From Lama guanicoe (Eukaryota): a stretch of 64,000 nucleotides of DNA. Positions 34,647 to 64,000 of the stretch are shown here, piece after piece. A program made the translations under genes and the position numbers. The stretch's first letter is position 1. Each line of letters opens with the position of its first letter. The stretch is from assembly GCA_013239625.1 (NCBI GenBank), contig MU053933.1, positions 2,133,026-2,197,025 on the forward strand, written 5' to 3'. Under the pieces are notes generated by a model. It ran no database searches. It saw only the letters and a program-made list of their open reading frames with translations, and was not told the DNA's origin.

Positions 34647-37600
34647 CCTCATCTCTCCCTGTCCAGGGAAGGTCTGGAGCCCCTCTCAGCCTCACCCACC
34701 ACAGGCTGCAGAGAGGGAAGTCCTTGCCGGCCCCTGACCCGGGGCCTCGGAGGGCCCCATGCGTGCCAGGCTGGGTGTGGGGCCAGAATCGGAGGCAAGG
34801 ACCGTGCACTGGGAGAGAAGTCTCTTCAGGGGGCGGCAGCTTTGGCCCCGGCTTGGGGGAAGGGCAGCTGGGTGAGTCAGTGAGGGCGGGCTGTGCGTGG
34901 GAGGCCCCGGTGGAGGACGAGCTGACGTGCTGACATGAGGAGACTCGGGGATCAGCGAAGCCCGAGCTGAACAGCCTCTTTGGAACCAGGCGTGAAATCA
35001 GCGCTCAGGCCTCCAGGACAGGCCCAGGGCCACCAGCCGGCCGGGAAGGGGCAGAAGGCGCGAGGACAGGGTCTGCCCGCAGCTGACTCTCACAGCGGCC
35101 TAGTACGCCTGGGAGGATTTCTATTTTCAGATGAGAAACCTGAGAATCTGAGACCCAAGGGGAGAAATGACGGGGACCCGGGAGTCAGCTTGCTGGGGGC
35201 AGCGCAGAGCTGGAATCCCTGCCTTCTGACGCCCAGGCCTGGAAGTTCTCACTCAGGACACGCGGGCCCTGGAGTGCTGTCAAAACAAAGAGGCAAGTCC
35301 TGGGTTTAGCACCACGTTGAAGGACAGCCAGTGGGAGAGGCAGAGCAGAGCCTGGGCTCCCCAGTCCCATGCCTGCGTGCAGCCGTGCTGGCCGGGGGCA
35401 GGGATGCCCTCACTGGGAATGGGGTGCGCCGGGGGTCTGCCTCTGTAACCATGGCAACCGGCTAGAAGGAGGGTGGGTGCAGTGTTGGCTGCCAGGCTGG
35501 GCCTTCAGAGGCAACTGCACACCTGCCTGGTGCTCCTTGCAAGGTGAGGTGAAGAGTCAGCACCCCAGAGCGACCAGCACACTGGCCGACCTTCCTCCTG
35601 AGCCCAGCTGCTCTTGGAGAAGAGGGGCATTTGAGGGGCTGCAGAGGCAGTGGAGGGAGAAGCAGCCTGGAAACAGTTGGAGAGTGGCTGCTTGGCCAGG
35701 ACACCCATCCCAGAGCCCGTGTTGGCAGCCAGCCCTCACTATGGACAGGGAGGCTGAGGCACCGAGTGGTAGTGGACTTGCCCAAGGGCACGTGAGCTGG
35801 TGAGGGGTCAGCTGGAGTGTGACCAGGATGCCGGGCAGCAGTGACCGGCAGAGAGATGTCCCGCAGCCTCCATGAAGCCTCTGCAGGTGGGTAGTTAAGA
35901 TGCCGAGAACACCCCGAAAGAGGAAAAGCATGTTGGTGTAACGATATGGTGACCACGTTCACCCGATTGGTAGCTGTGGCAAGCGTAGCTCTCAGAGCGG
36001 AGTCAGGACACCGAGTTGCCACCTGTGGAAAGTCCCTTATTATTTCAAGTCACATCTGACTCCCAGTGCCCGGCCAGCCAGGGCAGGGACCCCCGTGAAA
36101 ATGCTTGCCGTGGCTCTGCCTGCATCCCCTTCATGCCTGCCCAACCACACGCACACTCAGACTTCTGGAAGAGTAGTGATGGGGCCTGGAGACGTCTCTG
36201 GGCAGCGGTCACCTCTGTGCTGGAATTCCCTGAGGGGCCCGTTGTCTGAGACCGTGTTCGGGGTGGGCACCTAGGCCCCCTGGCAGAGCTCTGAGCCACT
36301 GCCCCTGCCAGGCCCCACCCTCATGGATGAGCTGGAGGTGGCCCCCTGGGGTGGGCACACGCAGTCCTGCTCCCCAGAGCCCTTGGCAACCCCCTGTCTT
36401 GGCTCATCTGGCAGCCTCCCTGAGCACACTTCTGGGAACCAGCCAGGGCAGACCTTGCCTGGCTGGACTCCAGGACTGGGATCTGCTGAGTCTCTGCGGG
36501 TGGTCATCACCCGGGGTTAGTGGCCTTGGCCAGAAGGTGGCCCTGCATGTGGTCAGTTCCCCAGTTCCCTGCCAGGCTCCCCTGGGCTTAGCAATCTCAC
36601 AGGGGTCACTGGATCAAGGACTCAGAATGGACACCAAGCCTCCCGTCCTCGCCCCGGGCTGAGAAGTCGCCTTGGAATCAGAGCCCGCCCGTCTGGTGTC
36701 GCAGTAGTCAGAACACCAAGACTGAGGCTTTCCGAGCCGGCAGCTTGCAAACAGGAGAGCCGCTTGGCGCAGTTTTTAGCTGTTTAGCAGCCCCAGGAGC
36801 AGGAGCTGGTCAGGCCCTGGGCACCGTGGCTGGCCTGGGGACGCCTGTTGTCGTGGCATTTGCTCGATGACCTGTGGGCATAGCTGGCCGACTTAAGTCT
36901 GTTTTCCACCGTTCAGACTTCCTCTGCCGTGAATATTCGCTTGTGTCCCGTGCGGGGCGCCGTGTTTGCGTCTGTGAGGCTCCTCAGACTCGAGTACTGA
37001 CTTCCGAGTGAAGCCGGCCCCAGTCTGTAGTCCTTTCTGCCGTTTGCCCTGGCATCTCAAGTCTACTTGTTTGTATTTTTAAAAGATACAAAGTTACATG
37101 TTTAACAAATATATCGACTGCACGTAACACTGTAACTTTCTGTCTCGCCTTCCCTTTTCGTTTACTTCGTTCCCTTCCTTCGTTTTTCCCTTTAGAAACT
37201 CTCCCTCCAAGTAGAAAAAGAAATTCTATTCCAGACCTTCTATTTACAACATCTGTAACTTTAATTTTTCCAAATTATGCCATGCCAGGTTGAACTGCTT
37301 AATTTTAGTATAATTAATCCCTGGAGTCCAACCTTTCCCTCATTTTTTCAAAATGTTTTTGCCTATTATTTCTTTGAGATGCTCTTATGGGTCCCTGCAT
37401 TAATTAAAAAGGGCAGCATTGGGGTTTTGACCGGCACTGCGTGAAACTGCAGAGCAACTGGGGAAATCTTGATGATGTTAGGTTATCAGTTTGAATATCT
37501 GTCCAAGTCTTCACCTGTCTCTTGCAGCTGGATTTCTGTGGTCTCCTTAGCGTCTGTCTGCAGGGAGTTCAGGCGGCTGTAACCAGGTACTGCTGTGTCT

Positions 37601-37824
37601 GGGGGAGACTGTGCATCCCTGTGAACATTATCATGATGTCAGGTGAAAAGCTCAAGGGACGTGACTGAATGCAGCTCTGTCCTCTTCCCTCACCCCCACC
37701 CCTGCCCCAGGAAAGTTCCCGACTGGCCGTGAGCTCTTGGGGAACAGGAGGGGTTCCAGGACACCAGGCAGGAGGGGGTCTCGGCTCTTCCAGGGGGTAC
37801 AAGTCATGAGGGGTCGGAACCCCG

Positions 37825-38278
37825 GGAGCAGCTGGCAGCCCCCGAAGAACCCTGTCCCAGGCCCCGAACCTGTGAGTACGTTACGCTGCACAGGCGGGGG
37901 CCTCAGGCTTGCTGGCTCGTTGACCCCGGGAGACGGATGGCATCCTGGATCGTCCATGTGGGCCTCATGCGGCCTTCAGGGTTGTTACTGGCAGAAGGCG
38001 GGGCAGAGAGAGACAGAGGAGATGGCGTGATAAGGATGCCACTGCCCGCGGCCGGCGGCCAAGGTGCAGGAGGGGCTGTGAGCCAAGCACGTGGGCCCGC
38101 CTCGAAGCTGGAAAAGGCAGGAGACACTCCCCTGGAGCCTCAGAAGGAATCAACCCTGCCCACACCTTGGTTATGTCCAGTGAGACCTGGAAGTGACCTC
38201 TGGCCTCCAGGACAGGGAGACAACATTGTTCCGTTATTTTAAGTGCGTGATATGTGTCACAGCAATGTGGGAAATGAA
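37825..38278. mobile_element. MLT1-like LTR
   Basis: aacctgtgagtacgttacg...gaagctggaaaaggcaggagacactcccctggagcctcagaaggaatcaaccctgcccacaccttg. Confidence 0.75.
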
Positions 38279-39759
38279 GGCACGGACCACCCACTGCTTC
38301 ACGGGCATGCAGGTGGCGCCAGTCTGCTGTCCTCTCGACACAGGACGAGTAGGGTGGGCTCTGATCCTTACACATGTTTAGTGGTCAACTGAACCCACAA
38401 AGTTCTCATACTGTTTCTAGCAGGTTCCATCAGGCAGAGACTGCAGGGCATCACTGTCTGTCTCCTTTCTCACACAGCATCTCTCTGCCCTTTGCTCTCA
38501 CCGCAGAGGCCAGAACTGCCTGGACTTTGGTGCGTAAACAGTGGTGCCGCCAGGCCCCTGGTGCGTCCCTGATTATAATCTGAGGGCTCACGTGTCTGAC
38601 GGTAAATGTACTGCTGGCCACCGGCCTGAGTGCTTCTCTGTTACCACGAATTACAGACATGGAAGAGGGTCCCCGCTTTGGAGAACCGTCTGATTTGTTA
38701 CAAAATGAAGTTCTGCTGCCGGATATTTACCAAGAGAAATAAACACCTGTGTTCACACAAAATTATTCAACGTGTTTACCACAGCCCCAGGCGGCAGCAA
38801 CCCCAAAGCAGATCAGTAGGAGAACCAGTGAACAAGTGATGGGACATCACACGATGGATCAAAGCCACAAAGCGAGCCGAGAAGACCGGCAGTGAAAGTG
38901 AAGAACCTGTGGCGCAACGGTGCGCATGGAAGTCAGAAGCACTGAGCTGAAAGCAAACAGAAAGGGCCTCCCGCCACGGACAGCAGGTGGCAGAAGAGGG
39001 ACCTGCCACAGGGGCGCGGGGGGCTCCTGTGGGCCGGAAACACTCAGCCTTGTTTGGGAGCCAGTGCATGCACAGGTGCAGTTGGCAAAGCTCCCCAAAC
39101 AGAACATTTAAGGTCTGTGCATTTTAATTAAATGAAATTAAATACATTAAATCAAAATAAAATTATGCGAAGATAAGGGTCCCTAACAAAATTAAAAATA
39201 ATATTTCAGAGTCATAAAAAGAACCACAGGCCTCGCTGAGATGCGCTCTTTTTCCCTGGGTTTGCTCACATGCTATTGGCGTAGCGGATTATTTTAAGGG
39301 CTCTCCTCATATTAACCGCCTTTCCGCTGGTGAAGAAACCATCCTCAGGCATCACGCGGCACTGACAGCTTCGATTTGCGGCATGTGGTTCACATCAATG
39401 AATCTATGTCCAAAAGTAGGGCAAGTCCATCATTTTCTTCCAAATGTGGTTTAAGTCCAATTTTGTTCAGGAAATAGAGGTGGCAGGTCAGTGACAATGA
39501 CGTGGGCACTGTAGTTGCCCACGTGTCTGGGAACTGTGCTGGGGCCGCCCAGCACTCACAACACGTAATCCTTACCATAGCGCAAAGGACGAGAGTCCTC
39601 CTCCCTGTGTTAGACCTGGGGGGATCTGGGCACCAGGGTGTGGGGATTCAGTAACTTGCTCAAACAGTGAGTGGAAGAACCAGGGTAATAACCCTTCTCT
39701 GTCTGACTGGAGAGCTGTGCTTTTCACAGTCCTGCTGGACTGTGTCTTCTCAGCAGTGT

Positions 39760-39879
39760 GCACCTGGAGCACCTGCACCCTGAGGGGGCTGGGAGCACCT
39801 GGAGCACCTGCACCCCGGGGGGGCTGGGAGCACCTGGAGCATTTGCTCCCCGGGGGGGCTGGGAGCACCTGGAGCACCT
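39760..39879 (+). repeat. 35-bp minisatellite, about 3.4 copies
   Basis: Units start at 39760, 39795, 39830, 39865: gcacctggagcacctgcacccYgRgggggctggga. Confidence 0.92.
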
Positions 39880-40749
39880 ACACTAAAATTCCAGAGGAGG
39901 AAAGGAAGTGTTTTGTGGGCAGTCGTGTGCGGGGCAGTGTGGGCCGTCTCTGAGGGGCAATGTCAAGCTGAGATGAAGGACAAGGGAGATCAGCCTGAGG
40001 GAGGAGGGGGCCGGGCAGGGGCAGGGGAGGGGGAGGCAACCAGTGGTCCTGCAGGGCCTGGAGGTCACGCTGAGGAATTTGGGCTCTAGTCACTGGACGG
40101 TTTAAGCGTGGCCAGGACTGTGTGGTCATGTGTGTGTCTCCAGGTCCAGTGGGGCAGCTGGCACACAGCGGACACTCAGCGTGAGAGCACACAGTCGCAG
40201 CCACCTAGACCATCAGGCAGCACTGAGCCTCCGCTCTGTGCCGGACCCAGGGGAGTTGCCTGAGATGCAGCCCCAGGCAGGAAGGGACTGGAAGACGTGT
40301 GTGCACATGTGTGTATGCATGTGTGTGCACAGATGTAAGTATGTGAGTTTGTGTGTGTGTGCACATGTGGGGGTGTGGCAGAGGGTGGGGCTGCGTGCTG
40401 GGGGCAGGTGAAGGGGTGCTACTAGCTGGGCAAGGCCCCCACACTGTGGCTGGCTCGCTGTTTACTCAGTGTCCACTGATTTAAGTGTTCGTCTCACCCA
40501 GACACACACAAGTCAACAACCCCAGGTCTCTGGGGACCCACCTGTGGAAGGAGCCCCTGGGTGAGGGGCCACTGCTCCCAGCCAACCGTGCCTGAGGCGC
40601 CTCTCTGCAGGCCCCCGGGCCCATGGCCCTTCTTTGGTTCGTCTCACAAGCTGCTCATGTCCTCCCTCAAATCCCACTTAAAATCAGAGCATCCAGCAGA
40701 CCGCAAGGGCCATGGCTTGTCGCCACATCCCTTCTGGGAGGGTGGGTGG

Positions 40750-40925
40750 TGAGCAAACCGAAAGCAAACCGGGACACCCACCTGGACCTGAACTTCATAC
40801 ACACACCAACTATTCCTTTAGTACGTGTTCTATGCAATATTTGGGGTATGTATTTCTTAAAAAGCATTTACTGTGTATCTGTAATTCAAATTTAACCGGA
40901 GATCCTGCATTTTTATCTGGCACCT
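40750..40925. mobile_element. MER53-like palindromic hAT MITE
   Basis: tatgcaatatttggggtatgt core; tatctgtaattcaaatttaaccggagatcctgcatttttatctggca arm. Confidence 0.7.
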
Positions 40926-42671
40926 TCAACGTACCCTCCCTGGACCAGCAGATCCATAACCCATGGCCCAGACCCACTAGGGCCCCTGGCTGCCCAGGGC
41001 AGGGATACAGGCAGGCCTTTGGGACAGTGACAGCAGGGATATGTGGGTCCAGCAGGGACGGGGGGGCTGTTGCAGCGAAGGGCACAAAGTACTGAGTGTA
41101 GACAAGGGGAGGGGGGTTCCGTGCCCACAGACTTACCCCGGGGACACCCTAGCCCTGGGACTTCTCTCTCGCACAGGCCCCCTGTCCTGGCCCACACCCC
41201 CCGCCCCCACTCCCCTCTCTTTGCCATTCCCCCTGGGCAGGGGTCATCCTTGTCCGAGCTCAGCCCCAGCCTCCCAGAAGCACATGGCCCACCAACAGGC
41301 CTGAAGCAGGCTCTTGAAAAATCTCCGCTTTGGGAAATCAGGAGAGCCCTGGTAACAGCTTTGAGGTTCCAAGTGCGGTCTGGACTGAGAGGGAGCTGGC
41401 TCAGGACAGGACTCCTTCCTGGGGCAGCTGGGCTGACCCAGGTGTCACGTGGAGCTGACCGGGGGGATCCAGGACTCGGGCTGGCTGCAGCTGCCTCCCT
41501 GGCCCTGACTGTGCAATCCTGGGCAAAAAACAGTGAGAATTTTAAGGCGGAAACAGCAGAGCCGTAAACAGAGCATGAGGCCTTCCTGCTGCTGAGCCCC
41601 TGGCTCCCACGCCCCACGCCGGAGCAGCCTGGGCGTGGGCCACGGAATAGGTCCTGGCTGCTCATGGACCCCACTGGGCCTTCCTGGGAAACTCCTGGCA
41701 CAGGGACTTTCCCTTCCAGCCAGGAGGCTGCCCGGGGCAGGGGTGGCACCTCCCCTCCCCACCTGGTTTCCAGGGTGTCACGTCACACCTAGCAGCTGTC
41801 CCAGGGAGGCAGGAGGCCACGCCTGGTGTGAGGTCAGGGCACCGGACGTCGGAGGAGCTGGGCAAGTGCAGGCCCAAGGAGGCATTCCAGTCCATCCCAC
41901 ACCCCAGAAGGCCAGCCTGGGTGCAGAGGCATGAGGGTCCCATCACCCAGGGGTCTCCCATGGGTGTGGCCTCAGAGAGGAGACAGGACCATGCCATGCT
42001 TGCTTGGGATTCCTGACCCGACCCCACCCCACAGCGTTCATGGGTAAACTGAGGCTGGAGGAGGAACCTCCAGCAGAGGAGAGGTGCGCTGGTGATGAGG
42101 GACCCGGGGGCACATTGGGCTGCAGTGGCAGAGTGAGTCCTTGGCCCGGGATGCGCTCGCCAAGGGTCGAGTCCCCGCCAGACACACGCAGAAGCAGCAG
42201 CGCTTTTGTGAAAAGCATCATAAATATATTTCAGTGTAGACAGGACACAATAAATAGCTGGTACGAGTGTGTCGGACAGCACCGAGCAGGCCCCGCTGGG
42301 CTCCCTGGCCAGGCCCCGTCCAGCCGTGTGGCGGTTGCTCTGGCAAGGTGACAGGGCTGCTGTTTTTGAGGTAAAATTTTGTAGGAACTTTTTCCTTAAA
42401 GTAAAGTCCCTGCAGGACACCAGACCTGTAGGGCAGCTCCGGTCTTCTGCCTGGACACCCACGGAGCCGCCCGAATTGGGCCATCAGTTACCAGGGCAGA
42501 GGGGACGATGCCCCTGGCTGGACAAGACTGGGAACGGCGAGCTGGCAACTCTGGAAGCCGTGGCTTCTCCCAGGCTCGTCCCCCCCACCCCCACCCCCAG
42601 AGGTTCCAGGGCTTCTCGGGTGGGATTCTGGGGTGCAGCCAGGTGGTCCCGGCCCTGGGGCCCCGGGCCCG

Positions 42672-63504
<20,833 letters not shown>

Positions 63505-63589
63505 CTGAAAACATTGGAGGGCGGTTTTAGGGCCAGGGGAGTGCAGAGGCTCCGCCCATTTGTGTAGAAAGGCCAGTGGGCAACACCAC

Positions 63590-63940
63590 GTGGAGGGGTA
63601 TCCGTGTCCAGGGGCGGCCGAACCGAGGTGCCACTGGCTGCAGCTGGACCACCAGAGGCATATTCTCTTGCGACTCTGGAGGCCGGAAGTTTGCATGGTG
63701 TGGGCTGGCGTGCCCCCTCCGCAGGCTCCAGGGGCGGGTCCCGCCCGCCTGCCCAGCTGCTGAGGCTCCTGGAGATTCCTGGCCGGCGGCCTTCTCGTAG
63801 GTGGGTCTTCTTATAAGCCCCCGATCACTGAATCAGGGCCTCCCTATTCCAGTGTGACCTCAACTTCACGTGATTACACCTGCAAGAACACTGTTTCCAA
63901 GCAAGGTCCCACTCTCGGGTTCTGGTGGGTGTGAAGTTGA
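63590..63940. mobile_element. MLT1-like LTR
   Basis: ctctggaggccggaagtttg...tcttcttataag...tgattacacctgcaagaacactgtttccaagcaaggtcccactc. Confidence 0.65.
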
Positions 63941-64000
63941 GGAGCTGCTCTTTGCCCTGGGACAAGGGCCTTCCACTGAACCACGTGCCACCTCTGGTGG

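Noticed and set aside
39760..39879. 35-bp repeats as a CRISPR-like array
   Set aside because: Head-to-tail units with no unique spacers, mammalian context, no cas genes.

Overview
Mammalian genomic DNA, GC-rich, with the gene order of distal human 21q22.3. It holds (1) the 3' half of TRPM2 on + (14 exons, equivalent to human exons 19-32, splicing into one open frame through the pore, S6, TRP helix, coiled coil and NUDT9-H domain, stop at 16139); (2) complete LRRC3 on + (CpG-island promoter, non-coding first exon, one 257-codon coding exon); and (3) the 3' part of TSPEAR on - (9 exons, equivalent to human exons 4-12, convergent with LRRC3). The rest is intronic or intergenic, with L1, L2/MIR, MLT1, Tigger1-like and MER53-like repeats, tRNA-derived SINEs that suggest a camelid host (inference), simple repeats and a 919-N gap. 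Nearly all other ORFs in the track are GC-rich noise. I found no convincing previously undescribed biological system. The best leads are a GC-AG intron in TSPEAR, three upstream ATGs covering all frames in the LRRC3 leader, a possible internal start in TRPM2 intron 24, substitutions at functional TRPM2 positions, and several inverted-repeat structures. Exon and residue numbers rely on my recollection of the human proteins; repeat names and edges are by eye.
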